Below are positions 16,707-27,036 of a stretch of DNA of 64,000 nt, piece after piece (position 1 is the stretch's first letter; each line of letters starts with the position of its first letter). Source of the DNA: a bacterium ADurb.Bin212 (GTDB lineage Bacteria; Patescibacteriota; UBA1384; XYA2-FULL-43-10); the NCBI GenBank assembly GCA_002070055.1, contig MWCM01000002.1, positions 286 through 64,285 of the forward strand, read 5' to 3'. A program made the position numbers and the translations under genes. The notes beneath the pieces are model-generated. The model made no database searches. It was not told the DNA's origin and worked only from the letters and a program-made list of their open reading frames with translations.

Positions 16707-17960
16707 GTGGCATTGTTTGGTTTTAGAAAACCAAAGAAAAATTATGCCATATCTTTGGATATAGGCACAGAATTTGTAAAAGTTCTTATTTTTCGTGTGG
16801 AGGAAGAAAAAGCTTATATCATCGGCTCCGGAAAACAAAGGCAGAGACTCTCTGATATGCAGGGAGGCAAAGTAACAGATATCTCGGGTGTAATAGGCAA
16901 TTGCGAAAAGGCAATCAATCAAGCCGTAGAAGAGTCTGGAGTTGCTCCTCGTCAATGTATTATTGGAATTGCCGGAGAGCTTGTTAAAGGTACCACAACC
17001 ACAGTTCATTACAGACGCGACTCATCTGATAAAAAAATTGATTTAAAAGAGCTAAAAGAGGTTGTCGATCAAGTCCAGAGGAAAACATTTGATAAAGCCA
17101 GATCGGCGTTGGCTTGGGAAACCGGCTACTCAGAAATAGATGTGCGTTTGGTCAATTCGGCCATTGTGGAGGTGCGTATTGATGGTTATAAGGTAACCAA
17201 TCCTATAGGGTTTCAAGGAAAAGATATGTCAATTAGCATATTTAATGCCTTTGCTCCCGTTGTTCATCTTGGAGCTCTGCAAACGATAGCAGAGGAGTTA
17301 AACCTTGATCTTTTGGCCATAACCAGTGAGCCATATGCTGTCGCCAGATGTGTTGGCTTGGAGGAGCTAAATGATTTTTCCTCAATATTTATTGATATCG
17401 GCGGAGGCACGACCGATATAGCAGTGGTTCGCAACGGGGGTGTAGAGGGCACGCGAATGTTTGCAATCGGTGGCCGTGTCTTTACAAAATCTATTGCTGA
17501 TGCTCTTGGTAAAAGTTTTGAAGAGGCAGAGAAGATAAAAATTGATTATTCGTTGGGTAAAATTAAGGATGGCTCGGAAATTGCCGTAAAAGTTGCTGCC
17601 GCAGTGGAAAATGATTGTGAGGTTTGGTTGGCTGGTATAGAATTGGCCCTTGAGGAGTTTTCCGATATAGACCTTCTGCCATCTCGGATAATGATGTGTG
17701 GTGGTGGATCACTTCTGCCGGAGATTAGCGATTATCTTGCCAAAAAAAATTGGGTTAAAAGACTGCCTTTTGCTAAACAGCCAAAAGTTGAATTTATTAA
17801 GCCGGGTCAGATTACCAACGTAATTGATGAAACCGGTAAAATGGTTGGTTCGCAGGATATTACTCCAATGGCAATGGCTAATCTGGCGATTGATTTAGCT
17901 GGAGAGGAAAAACTTCTCGATAGTATTCTGGATAAAGTTGTCGACGGGATCAGAAGTTAA
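16707..17960 (+). CDS. ftsA: Cell division protein FtsA (actin-like ATPase)
   Basis: SLDIGTEFVKV (phosphate 1), IIGIAGELVKG, IDIGGGTTDIAVV (phosphate 2/adenosine). The 1C-type insert resembles FtsA. GTG start at 16707 after GAGGGG is preferred over the ORF-track start at 16647. Confidence 0.65.
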   Translation: MALFGFRKPKKNYAISLDIGTEFVKVLIFRVEEEKAYIIGSGKQRQRLSDMQGGKVTDISGVIGNCEKAINQAVEESGVAPRQCIIGIAGELVKGTTTTVHYRRDSSDKKIDLKELKEVVDQVQRKTFDKARSALAWETGYSEIDVRLVNSAIVEVRIDGYKVTNPIGFQGKDMSISIFNAFAPVVHLGALQTIAEELNLDLLAITSEPYAVARCVGLEELNDFSSIFIDIGGGTTDIAVVRNGGVEGTRMFAIGGRVFTKSIADALGKSFEEAEKIKIDYSLGKIKDGSEIAVKVAAAVENDCEVWLAGIELALEEFSDIDLLPSRIMMCGGGSLLPEISDYLAKKNWVKRLPFAKQPKVEFIKPGQITNVIDETGKMVGSQDITPMAMANLAIDLAGEEKLLDSILDKVVDGIRS

Positions 17961-18221
17961 CCAGCTTAATCGTAATTAAAACTTCATCGGGTTGTTGGGT
18001 TGTTACCTTGAATTACAAAATTAAACTTCTCGATCTTACTAAATTTCTAGGTGCTCTTTGAAATCGATGTTTCAAGCGCTAGCGACCGGCGAAATTCAGC
18101 AAGACCTCGCTATATCGTAATTCAAGGTTATAATGTAGTTACACATATTAGATCTGTAATTAATATAATAATTTGGATATAATGGGTTTGCATTATTATA
18201 AGTAAATAACTGTTTGTTGCA

Positions 18222-19997
18222 ATGAATGAGATTGTTTATCTTGAGCCGGACGAAGACATTGCCGGTGTTATATCTAGAGTAAAGAGCATAACCGAGAGTT
18301 CTGTTAGTTTAGTTATACCTAGAGGTGCGAGCATCTCTCAGAGTGTGATTAATCTTAAGCTACTCAAAAGAGAGATCGAGAAGATGGGGAAAATGGTTTC
18401 GCTTGTAACCAAAGATAAGATCTCTCGGAATTTGGCTTCACAAGTTGGTATTACTGTATATTCGACGGCAAACGAAGCAAAAAATGCCAGAGTTACTCCA
18501 ATTGACGATTCTCAGACCGTAGCAGAAAAGGGTATCGAGGGTTTTTCATCTAGTAGTCTAAAAATTAATCGCTATAAAAAAGATGAAGATGATGCAGAAG
18601 ATGACTCTGAAGAGGCGGAGGCAGACGAAGAATCGGAAGAAATCGAGGAGGACACAAATCAAGCAATGGAGTCTGATAATACTGAGGAATATGATAGTGT
18701 TGAGATAGAAAAACTACACCAAGAGAGAACTGCTATGGCTACAGCCAAACCTGCTATTGTCGAAAAAGAGCCACAGCATAGCGATACAGCTGTTCCTATT
18801 CCCGAAAACAGTAAAAATTCCGGCAAAAGCCTATCTTCTCGCAGAAAACCGATTTTGATTATTTCTTTAGTCTTAATTGTCCTTTTGATTGCTTCAACAG
18901 TATTTTTGCTGCCAAAAGCTAATGCAAAGATAACCCTAAAAACAACTGATGTTGAAGTGCTAGCTGACTTTACGGCAGATAAAAGCATTACCGAGATCAA
19001 CTCGCAAGAGAATAAAATTCCGGCAAGTTATTACGAAGTATCCAAAGAGTTAGAAAAAGAGTTTACAGCTACTGGCAAGAAAGACGTCGGTACAAAGGCG
19101 GGCGGCGAGATATCTTTTTACAACAATTACGATCCGCAAAACGCCGTCTCATTGGCTAACGGCACGGCACTAATTGCAGAAGGAAAAACTTATTATTTAG
19201 ATGGCGCAATAACAATTCCGCCGGCAACTGTGGTTAGCCTATATCCCACAAAAATCAATCCCGGCACGACCAAGGGTAAAATTGTAGCCAAAGAGAGTGG
19301 TGAAAGCTACAACATTGCCCCGTCTAAATTTGTTGTTTCGGCTTTTAGTGGCTCTAAGAGAGAAAATGTTTACGGTCAATCCGCACAAGCTTTAACAGGC
19401 GGGACCACTAAGGAGATCACAATTGTAAGTAGTGAAGATATAGAGAAGTCAAAAACAGCTTTAATAACCGAATTGGACAATGCTATAAAGGAGGAGATTA
19501 CAACGCTTTCTTCGGCTGAGGAGGTGAAGTTGATTCTAGCTTCTTTGCGTGAGTCGGTCATCAGTTTCAGTAGCGATAAAAATGCAGAGGAAGAGGCGAG
19601 TGTTTTTAAATCAAAAATCAATTATTCTATAAATGAATTGGGCGTTAAAGAGAGCGCCGTGCAAAAGTATATATTAGATCAGGCAAATTCTAAGTTAGCG
19701 GTGGATGAGATGTATGTGAATCCAAACCCCGACCAAATTACCTACGATTTTAAAGAGGTTGATGGCGACAAAGGCACAGTTGCGATTAGCGGTAAATTTT
19801 TGGGGAAGGTTGGTAAAAAGATTGAAAGCTCAAAAATTGTTGATATGTTGGTTAGGGGTAAGCTAGGTAGCGCCGAATCGCGCATTGCAGAGATGTCCGG
19901 AGTAGAGAAGGTTCAAGTAGATGTTACTCCAAAATTCTGGCCCATGTTACCTCTGCTAAAGCAAAGGATATTTGTGGATTTTGCTTACGCCGAATAA
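18222..19997 (+). CDS. Hypothetical bitopic membrane protein: about 90-aa cytoplasmic N-domain, acidic linker, one TM, large extracytoplasmic domain
   Basis: DEDDAEDDSEEAEADEESEEIEED low-complexity stretch. TM PILIISLVLIVLLIASTVFLL. No recognised catalytic motif. Confidence 0.5.
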   Translation: MNEIVYLEPDEDIAGVISRVKSITESSVSLVIPRGASISQSVINLKLLKREIEKMGKMVSLVTKDKISRNLASQVGITVYSTANEAKNARVTPIDDSQTVAEKGIEGFSSSSLKINRYKKDEDDAEDDSEEAEADEESEEIEEDTNQAMESDNTEEYDSVEIEKLHQERTAMATAKPAIVEKEPQHSDTAVPIPENSKNSGKSLSSRRKPILIISLVLIVLLIASTVFLLPKANAKITLKTTDVEVLADFTADKSITEINSQENKIPASYYEVSKELEKEFTATGKKDVGTKAGGEISFYNNYDPQNAVSLANGTALIAEGKTYYLDGAITIPPATVVSLYPTKINPGTTKGKIVAKESGESYNIAPSKFVVSAFSGSKRENVYGQSAQALTGGTTKEITIVSSEDIEKSKTALITELDNAIKEEITTLSSAEEVKLILASLRESVISFSSDKNAEEEASVFKSKINYSINELGVKESAVQKYILDQANSKLAVDEMYVNPNPDQITYDFKEVDGDKGTVAISGKFLGKVGKKIESSKIVDMLVRGKLGSAESRIAEMSGVEKVQVDVTPKFWPMLPLLKQRIFVDFAYAE

Positions 19998-20018
19998 TCT
20001 CTTATAACATAAAAATTG

Positions 20019-20429
20019 ATGTATTTATCTATAGATTACGGCAAAAAAAGAATAGGACTAGCTGTCGGTAGCCGGTTCCCTCGTGGAATTGGGACAATTG
20101 ACAACCCTGGGTCAATTCAGGAGTTAACAGATAAACTACTGATTATTTGTCGCGGCCACGCTGTTGATGGTGTGGTTATGGGATTACCTATGTCGCAACT
20201 TTCAGAAAAGAGTGAAGTGGTTAAGGATATCGAGGAACTAGCAGAAAAAATCGAGAAACAATCAGGTCTTAAGGTTTTCTTTGAAGAAGAAGATTTCACT
20301 TCGGTAGAGGCAGAAAGGGAACTAATAAGCAGAGGCGTAGATACGCGCAGAGAGAAAGCCAAAACCGATGAACTGGCAGCCATCTTAATATTGGAGCAAT
20401 TCATTGAGTCCAGATCGGCAAAATCATGA
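20019..20429 (+). CDS. ruvX: YqgF/RuvX-like putative pre-16S rRNA nuclease / Holliday junction resolvase-like
   Basis: LSIDYGKKRIGLAVG N-terminal RNase H-like motif, about 135 aa. Confidence 0.75.
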   Translation: MYLSIDYGKKRIGLAVGSRFPRGIGTIDNPGSIQELTDKLLIICRGHAVDGVVMGLPMSQLSEKSEVVKDIEELAEKIEKQSGLKVFFEEEDFTSVEAERELISRGVDTRREKAKTDELAAILILEQFIESRSAKS

Positions 20430-21400
20430 AAAAAACCCTTATTATCGTCTTTTCGATATTATTAATATTTATTATTGTTAGCGTTATTGCTTATATATTT
20501 TACAAGAAAGCAATCAACACAGAAAATTTAAGCACTAAACCCAATGATATTATTGAAATTGAATCAGGTACTTCCACTACTGAGGTAGCAGAAAGGTTAG
20601 AGGAGCTTGGCGCGGTAAAAGATAGCCGTATATTCTGGCTGTATGCTAAGCTCAGCAATAAGAAGATACAGGCCGGCATGCATACTCTGGTTTATAGCCT
20701 TTCCGTTAAAGAGCTTACAGAAAAGCTCTCTTCTGGCGAGTATTTGTTACAAAAAGTTACTGTGCCGGAAGGCAAACGCATTGAACAGATAGCAGCTATG
20801 ATGGAAGACAAAAAAATCTTTAATTATTATGATCTCCTTAAAGCCGCAGAAGGTAATGAAGGCCACCTTTTCCCCGATACCTACTATATTGCCAAGAAAA
20901 CCACAGCTTCTGATTTTGTTAAGATGATGCTGGATAATTTTACCGCCAAGACTTCGGCTCTAAATCTTTCTGAACAACAATTGATTCTTGCTTCAATTAT
21001 CGAAAGAGAGGCGATAAATGACGACGAGCGCCCCACAATTGCCGGCATCTTCTCCAATCGTTTAAATATCGGGATGAAATTGGAAGCAGACCCTACGGTC
21101 TTGTACGCAAACGACAGCCAAAAGATTGCCGGAATCACCCCCTACGACGCAACACAGTATACCTTTTGGCAACCAATTAGTTTTTCTTTATATAAAACCG
21201 TAAGCTCTCCTTTTAACACCTATATTAACTCCGGTTTACCTCCGGCTCCGATATGTAGTCCCGGTCTGGAGAGTATTAAAGCTGCCAAAGACCCCGAAAC
21301 AAATAATTATTTTTTCTTCTTACACGGCTCAGATGGCGGGTTCTATCCTGCGACGAATAACTCTGAACATGAAATAAATAAAGATAAATATCTTTTCTAG
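20426..21400 (+). CDS. mltG: Endolytic murein transglycosylase MltG (YceG-like)
   Basis: N-terminal TM. YceG motifs EADPTVLYA and NSGLPPAPICSPG. Confidence 0.8.
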   Translation: MKKTLIIVFSILLIFIIVSVIAYIFYKKAINTENLSTKPNDIIEIESGTSTTEVAERLEELGAVKDSRIFWLYAKLSNKKIQAGMHTLVYSLSVKELTEKLSSGEYLLQKVTVPEGKRIEQIAAMMEDKKIFNYYDLLKAAEGNEGHLFPDTYYIAKKTTASDFVKMMLDNFTAKTSALNLSEQQLILASIIEREAINDDERPTIAGIFSNRLNIGMKLEADPTVLYANDSQKIAGITPYDATQYTFWQPISFSLYKTVSSPFNTYINSGLPPAPICSPGLESIKAAKDPETNNYFFFLHGSDGGFYPATNNSEHEINKDKYLF

Positions 21401-21477
21401 GCCTGTCTTCTAAAACAGGCTCAATTGTGCTATATTACCCCTGTCGTTTATGCGTGTTCGAGAAGGGGGGTGTTTTT

Positions 21478-21685
21478 TTTGACTGTTAGGGTTGAAGTTG
21501 TGTGCAAAGGGTTCGGCCGGATCGACTGCGAAGTTGATCCGGAAAGAGGACTGTTCGGCGTGCTTCTGGAAGCTCCTCCTTTGTCGGAGCTTGCTGAATG
21601 TATAAGCGAAGTTCGGGTGAACGGTTCCCTTGTTGCTCAGAACTATCGTCCTCAAGATGGGGACAAAATCGAGGTAACTCTCTAA
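21478..21685 (+). CDS. ThiS/MoaD-like beta-grasp small protein lacking the C-terminal Gly-Gly. Start codon uncertain (TTG at 21478, or the ATG at 21450)
   Basis: TVRVEV...RVNGSLVAQNYRPQDGDKIEVTL matches the ThiS/MoaD fold pattern but ends in TL. Local GC is visibly higher than the flanks. A GGAGGAGC...GCTCCTCC hairpin follows the stop. Confidence 0.45.
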
Positions 21686-21830
21686 TGCCTCGGGGCCAGA
21701 CGACAAACGCAAGGAGGAGCTGGTGGCTCCTCCTGTAATCTTGTTCACTATTGATTGATAGCTAATTATTCTATATTCTATATATTACGGAGGGCAAGTA
21801 AGCCCCCTTTTGGTGTTAGTTTAGGTTATT

Positions 21831-22886
21831 ATGAAAAATCCATTTGGTTTCATTTTTAATCGCTTTTCTCATGACATCGGCATTGATTTAGGTACTGCCA
21901 ATACTTTGGTGTATGTAAGAGGCAAGGGCATAATTATTAGAGAGCCATCTGTGGTGGCGATGAACAAAAAAACCAAAGAAATTTTGGCTGTTGGCGAAGA
22001 GGCCAAAAGGATGGTCGGCCGCACCCCGGCTCATATTGTGGCTATTAGGCCTTTAGTCGATGGTGTTATCTCCGATTTCGAAGTAACTGAACAGATGTTG
22101 AAGTATTTTTTTGACCGTGTTCATAAAGAGAAGTTCACATTTTTTCCCAGACCCAGAGTTATTATTGGTATTCCCTACGGTGTAACAGAAGTGGAGCGTA
22201 GAGCCGTGGAAGAGGGGGCGATTAACGCCGGAGCAAGAGAGGTATATTTGATCGAAGAACCGATCGCTGCTGCCATTGGAGCGAGACTTCCGGTGCAAGA
22301 TGCGGCTGGCAGTATGATTGTGGATATTGGTGGTGGAACCACCGAGGTAGCAGTTATCTCGTTAGGTGGTATTGTGACCTCCCGATCCCTAAGAGTTGCC
22401 GGCGATGAGATGAATGATGACATTATCTCTTATGCTAGGGAGAAGTTTAACTTGATGCTAGGGGAAAGAACAGCCGAAAAGATTAAGATGGAAATTGCCG
22501 CCGCTGTGCCTTTAAAACAAAAACTTGAAACATCTATGAGGGGCAGAGATCTGCTGAGCGGATTGCCGAAAGAGATTGTGGTTAATTCTGAGCAGATACA
22601 AGAAGCGATCGCCAAATCTGTTAGAATAATAATTGACAATATAAAATCAACACTAGAGGAGACCCCACCTGAGCTTTTAGCCGACATTATGGATCAAGGT
22701 ATAATATTAGCAGGAGGCGGAGCACTACTAAGAGGACTGGATACTCTTATCTCGGAGGAGACCAAAACAATAGTCCATATATGCGATGACCCATTGACTG
22801 CCGTAGCTAGGGGAACGGGCATTGTATTAGAGGATTTAGATCTTTTGTCCGGAGTGTTACTGCCTGCTGAGTTCCGCGACAGATAG
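21831..22886 (+). CDS. mreB: Rod shape-determining protein MreB
   Basis: IGIDLGTANTLVYV, DIGGGTTEVAVISLGG, 351 aa. Confidence 0.9.
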   Translation: MKNPFGFIFNRFSHDIGIDLGTANTLVYVRGKGIIIREPSVVAMNKKTKEILAVGEEAKRMVGRTPAHIVAIRPLVDGVISDFEVTEQMLKYFFDRVHKEKFTFFPRPRVIIGIPYGVTEVERRAVEEGAINAGAREVYLIEEPIAAAIGARLPVQDAAGSMIVDIGGGTTEVAVISLGGIVTSRSLRVAGDEMNDDIISYAREKFNLMLGERTAEKIKMEIAAAVPLKQKLETSMRGRDLLSGLPKEIVVNSEQIQEAIAKSVRIIIDNIKSTLEETPPELLADIMDQGIILAGGGALLRGLDTLISEETKTIVHICDDPLTAVARGTGIVLEDLDLLSGVLLPAEFRDR

Positions 22887-22887
22887 A

Positions 22888-23667
22888 ATGAAAAAAAACA
22901 ACAAAATTTTCCTGATAATAATTATTATAATTATTATCATCGTAGTCATTCCGATTACAAGAAATAAATTTACTCAAGTCGTTATGTACTTAGGTAAGCC
23001 ATTTGCTTCCGTTGCTTCGCTTTTGGCATCTGATTCTAGAGGGTTTCTAACTGGGTTAACAGAGATTTCCTCGTTAAGAAAAGAGAACTCTGATCTCGTG
23101 CAAAAATTAAAGTCAATTAATATTTCAAGCGTGGAACTAGAGGAACTTCGGCATGAAAATGAAGTTCTAAAGCAACAGCTAGGTTTTTTGGAGGAGCATC
23201 AAGAGTCTGAGCTGATACCGGCGAGGATCATCGGCAGAGAACCGTTTGGCGCTCTAGATAGGATAATTATTGATAAAGGGATCAAGGATAGTGTGCGCAA
23301 GGGATCAGCGGTTGTTGCTAATGGAGCCATAATCGGTAGAGTTGATGAGGTTTTTGAAGATCAGTCGAAGATTGTGTTAATAACTTCGAAAGATTCGATT
23401 GTGCAAGTGATGTTACAAAAGTCCAGAACTCTGGGTATATTGAAAGGCAGTTTAAATGGGGTAAAGATGGAGAATATTCCTCAAGACACCGTAATTGAGG
23501 ACGGCGAAGCTATAATTACCTCCGGCTTGGGTGGCGAGATTGAGTCGGGCATTTTAGTTGGTTGGGCCAATGGGGAAGTTTCATATAAATCGGAGATATA
23601 CAAGGTCGTAGATGTAGAGATCGCCGAAGATTTAAATAAATTAGAACAGGTTTTTGTTATAAAATGA
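22888..23667 (+). CDS. mreC: Rod shape-determining protein MreC
   Basis: N-terminal TM, coiled coil, C-terminal beta-domain. Position between mreB and mreD. Confidence 0.8.
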   Translation: MKKNNKIFLIIIIIIIIIVVIPITRNKFTQVVMYLGKPFASVASLLASDSRGFLTGLTEISSLRKENSDLVQKLKSINISSVELEELRHENEVLKQQLGFLEEHQESELIPARIIGREPFGALDRIIIDKGIKDSVRKGSAVVANGAIIGRVDEVFEDQSKIVLITSKDSIVQVMLQKSRTLGILKGSLNGVKMENIPQDTVIEDGEAIITSGLGGEIESGILVGWANGEVSYKSEIYKVVDVEIAEDLNKLEQVFVIK

Positions 23668-24149
23668 AACTATTTGAATCATTAATTTGGATTGTTGTGG
23701 CCTTCTTGGCGTGTTGCCTTGATACCTCATTTTTCGCTTTTTATGAGATTTTTAACGCAACAATTATTAGCAGCTTCTGTCTAATTCTGGTGATTGCCCT
23801 ATTAGATTATAAAATACAATCTTTATATTATGGTGCGTTCTGCATATTGTTCTTATCTGCTCTATCTTCGTTGCCAATCTACTCTCTCTTTATTGCCTAT
23901 ATGATAATTCCGCTCCTGATATTCTACCTCAGACAAAAGATATATTTTGAGGCTGTTCCTGTGGTAGCCGTGTTTGTATTATTGGTTTCTTCGGTATTGT
24001 TTAGATTGGTAATAATTCCTCTTGGCTCTTTCTCTTCTGGAGAGTTGCTAATATCTATCATGGCTTTTCCGATTCTTAATACGTTATTCGGTATTGTAAT
24101 ATTTGTGCTTTTTAATAAATTTTATATTGTTAAAAGAGGGCATAATTAG
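23664..24149 (+). CDS. mreD: Rod shape-determining protein MreD
   Basis: 161-aa polytopic membrane protein overlapping the mreC stop. Confidence 0.7.
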   Translation: MKLFESLIWIVVAFLACCLDTSFFAFYEIFNATIISSFCLILVIALLDYKIQSLYYGAFCILFLSALSSLPIYSLFIAYMIIPLLIFYLRQKIYFEAVPVVAVFVLLVSSVLFRLVIIPLGSFSSGELLISIMAFPILNTLFGIVIFVLFNKFYIVKRGHN

Positions 24150-26089
24150 TGGATATTTTTGGCAATAAAAGTCCAGACACATCCTGCAAAAATCGTAAAC
24201 CTTCCAAAAAAACTGATGAATTAGAGTTCTCTTTTGTTGTAGAGAACGAGGAGATTGGGCAAAGGTTGGAAGAGGAGGTGTCTTCTGATAAGAGTTTTAG
24301 GATTCCAAAATATATTGCTATCATACTTTTTGTAATTTTATTTGCCAAACTTTTTATGAGCCAGATAATTTATGGCAAGGTTGCAGATGACTTAGCTAAA
24401 GGTAATAAGATTCGCCCCAGAGTCCTGGAGGCGACAAGGGGGGTCGTTTATGATAGCAGTGGTAGCTGGCTGGCCAGGAATGTACCCGCATTTGATTTAG
24501 CAGTTTTTCCATCCGATTTGCCGAAAAACAAACAACAAAGAATGGATATTTATCAAAAACTTTCTGAGATATGCGGTATCGATAGCGCTGAAATCCAAAA
24601 AACCGCCGAAGCTAACGGCTTACTATCTTTTGATAGTGTTGTAATAAAAGCGAACATTACCAGGGAGGAGTCTCTGCTCTACGAAGAAAAAATTGCCGGT
24701 TTGCCGGGCGTTGAAGTGGCCAAAAGGTCTTCTAGGGAGTATAGCAACACACCCGGATTATCCCATGTACTTGGTTATACGGGGTTAATTTCACAGGAAG
24801 ATATTGAAAAGTTCCCCAATCGTCGTCTTTCTGATTGGCTTGGCAAAAGTGGTTTGGAGCTGCAATATGAAGAGAATTTGCACGGCACTGACGGCGTAGA
24901 ACAGATTGAGGTTGACTCCAAGGGTAATGTTGAAAGAGTTTTAGTAGACAAAGACAATAAGGAGCCGGTGGCGGGGGATAGCCTGACTTTGTATATAAAT
25001 AAAGATCTGCAACAGAACGTTGCCAATTTTTTAGCCAACGGTCTGGAGGAAGCTAAAAAAATCACCGGTGACGATACTATTAAGTCTGGTGTTGCTGTCG
25101 TGATGGATCCAAACACTGGTGGTGTGCTTTCTTTGGTCTCGTTGCCATCATACGATAATAATTTGTTCGCGAACGGTATATCAAACAATGAATATCAAAG
25201 TCTGATAAATGACGAGTCAAAGCCCATGTTTAATAGGGCCACCTATGGAAAGTATCCTCCAGGCTCCATTATTAAGCCCTTGATGGCAGTCGCCGGTCTG
25301 GCAGAGGGGTCTTTGCAGAGGAACACCGCCTTCGATACTCCCCCTGAAATTCGGGTTGGAGATTTTGTTTTTCCAGATTGGAAGGATCACGGTGTGACAG
25401 ACATCGAAACTGCAATCGCAGAGTCCAACAATATCTTTTTCTACGGAATTGGGGGCGGTTTTGACAAAATTAAGGGATTGGGCATAAACAAGATAAAAGA
25501 ATGGTGGAAAAAATTCGGTTTAGGTAGAAAAAGCGGAATTGATTTGCCTGGGGAGGCTACGGGTTTGTTGCCGGACCCGGAGTGGAAAGAGGAAACTGTA
25601 GGGGAGTCATGGTATTTAGGTAACACTTATCATGTGTCGATTGGGCAGGGAGATTTATTGGTGACGCCCATTCAGATGCTTAAAATGGTTTCGGCAGTTG
25701 CCAATGGAGGCAAGCTGGTTGCGCCGCAGATTGTGAAAAAAATTTCTGATGCAAACGGTAATGTTGTAAAGGAATTTATGCCCAGAGTAGAGAACGAGAG
25801 TGTTGCTTCTTCAGATATTATCGAAACGGTTAGAAGAGGTATGAGAAAAACCGTAACCATGGGTTCGGCAAGAAGTTTAAATGATCTGCCCGTGACGGTA
25901 GCTGGGAAAACCGGGACAGCTCAGTTCTTTGGCAACCAAAAAACTCATGCCTGGTTTGAATGTTTTGCTCCGTATGATAATCCCGAGGTGGCAGTCGTGG
26001 TTTTAGTCGAGGGTGGCGGCGGAGGACATGAAGTCGCTGTGCCGATTGCTAGAAATATATTAGAGTATTATTTCGCTCAAAAACATTGA
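24149..26089 (+). CDS. mrdA: Penicillin-binding protein 2 (elongasome transpeptidase)
   Basis: PBP dimerisation domain plus transpeptidase motifs SIIKP (SxxK), SNN and KTGTA. GTG start overlapping mreD. Confidence 0.85.
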   Translation: MDIFGNKSPDTSCKNRKPSKKTDELEFSFVVENEEIGQRLEEEVSSDKSFRIPKYIAIILFVILFAKLFMSQIIYGKVADDLAKGNKIRPRVLEATRGVVYDSSGSWLARNVPAFDLAVFPSDLPKNKQQRMDIYQKLSEICGIDSAEIQKTAEANGLLSFDSVVIKANITREESLLYEEKIAGLPGVEVAKRSSREYSNTPGLSHVLGYTGLISQEDIEKFPNRRLSDWLGKSGLELQYEENLHGTDGVEQIEVDSKGNVERVLVDKDNKEPVAGDSLTLYINKDLQQNVANFLANGLEEAKKITGDDTIKSGVAVVMDPNTGGVLSLVSLPSYDNNLFANGISNNEYQSLINDESKPMFNRATYGKYPPGSIIKPLMAVAGLAEGSLQRNTAFDTPPEIRVGDFVFPDWKDHGVTDIETAIAESNNIFFYGIGGGFDKIKGLGINKIKEWWKKFGLGRKSGIDLPGEATGLLPDPEWKEETVGESWYLGNTYHVSIGQGDLLVTPIQMLKMVSAVANGGKLVAPQIVKKISDANGNVVKEFMPRVENESVASSDIIETVRRGMRKTVTMGSARSLNDLPVTVAGKTGTAQFFGNQKTHAWFECFAPYDNPEVAVVVLVEGGGGGHEVAVPIARNILEYYFAQKH

Positions 26090-26115
26090 CAAAATAGGTC
26101 TCTATGTGTTATAAT
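26086..26115 (+). promoter_or_regulatory. Sigma70-like promoter for greA (TTGACA, 18-nt spacer, TATAAT)
   Basis: Near-consensus hexamers read directly from the sequence, about 140 nt upstream of greA. Confidence 0.55.
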
Positions 26116-26257
26116 ATGAGAACACTGTTGACAGGATGTTTTTGTTGGTATTAAAATACAATAAACAAGGGGCGTTATACGCGTATTCTTAGCGCGATTT
26201 TTTATTCTTAAAAAGGTATTTTACGCTCAAATAAGAAAGAACTGATCGAAGGTTAAA

Positions 26258-26722
26258 ATGGAAAAAATTACCCATATTTCGCAAGAGGGATTAGATAAAC
26301 TTAAAGCTGAACTAGCTGAGATTGAAGGTAAAAAATTAAAAGAAATCGCAAAAAAAATCGCCGAGGCAAAGGATTTGGGTGATTTAAGCGAAAATGCTGA
26401 ATATCATGAGGCCAAACAAACTCAAGCTTTTTTATATGGCAAGGCTCAGGAGATTAAGCAAAAAATTCGAAATGCCAAAATAATTGATAGTAAAAATTGT
26501 GATAAATCAAGCGTTGGTATCGGTTGCACCGTTGTCTTAAAAAACGGTGACGATGAAGCAGAATACACTTTGGTTGGAAGCGATGAGGCTGATCCTCTCA
26601 GCGGAAAAATCTCGATTGAATCACCAATCGGCAACTCGCTTTTAGACCACAAAGTCGGAGATAAGGTGGGTGTTAAGACCCCTTCCGGAGAGACTTTTTA
26701 CTCTGTAATCAAAATCAAATAA
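26258..26722 (+). CDS. greA: Transcription elongation factor GreA
   Basis: N-terminal coiled coil with DLSENAEYHEAK motif and C-terminal FKBP-like domain. Confidence 0.9.
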   Translation: MEKITHISQEGLDKLKAELAEIEGKKLKEIAKKIAEAKDLGDLSENAEYHEAKQTQAFLYGKAQEIKQKIRNAKIIDSKNCDKSSVGIGCTVVLKNGDDEAEYTLVGSDEADPLSGKISIESPIGNSLLDHKVGDKVGVKTPSGETFYSVIKIK

Positions 26723-26743
26723 GCTATATAATCATATTTGCTA

Positions 26744-26772
26744 AAAAATCGCCCATCCTGAGGTGATTTTTT
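26744..26772 (+). terminator. Intrinsic terminator after greA
   Basis: aatcgcc-catcctga-ggtgatt hairpin (one G-U pair) followed by tttttt. Confidence 0.65.
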
Positions 26773-27036
26773 AGCTTTTATGGTCCATCAAAAAATACAA
26801 ATATAATTAAGCAACGGATATTCTATTATATTAATATAAAATTTCATATTCTCAATTTAAGCAAAACTCTGCTAGCGGTATAATTATTGATTAAGGCCGG
26901 TGAACAATAATTACTGTGCCATAAAGGATCTCTCAACTTCGGTTATTTATTAAGTTTGAGCATTGTGGTAATATACAACTAATTAGTATCGGACGCTTTT
27001 GCGCTCTAATCTTCATATTATTTATCAATTATTCAA

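Noticed and set aside
21410-21748. 112-aa minus-strand ORF
   Set aside because: It is antisense to the ThiS-like ORF and the hairpin, and its existence owes to the local GC-richness
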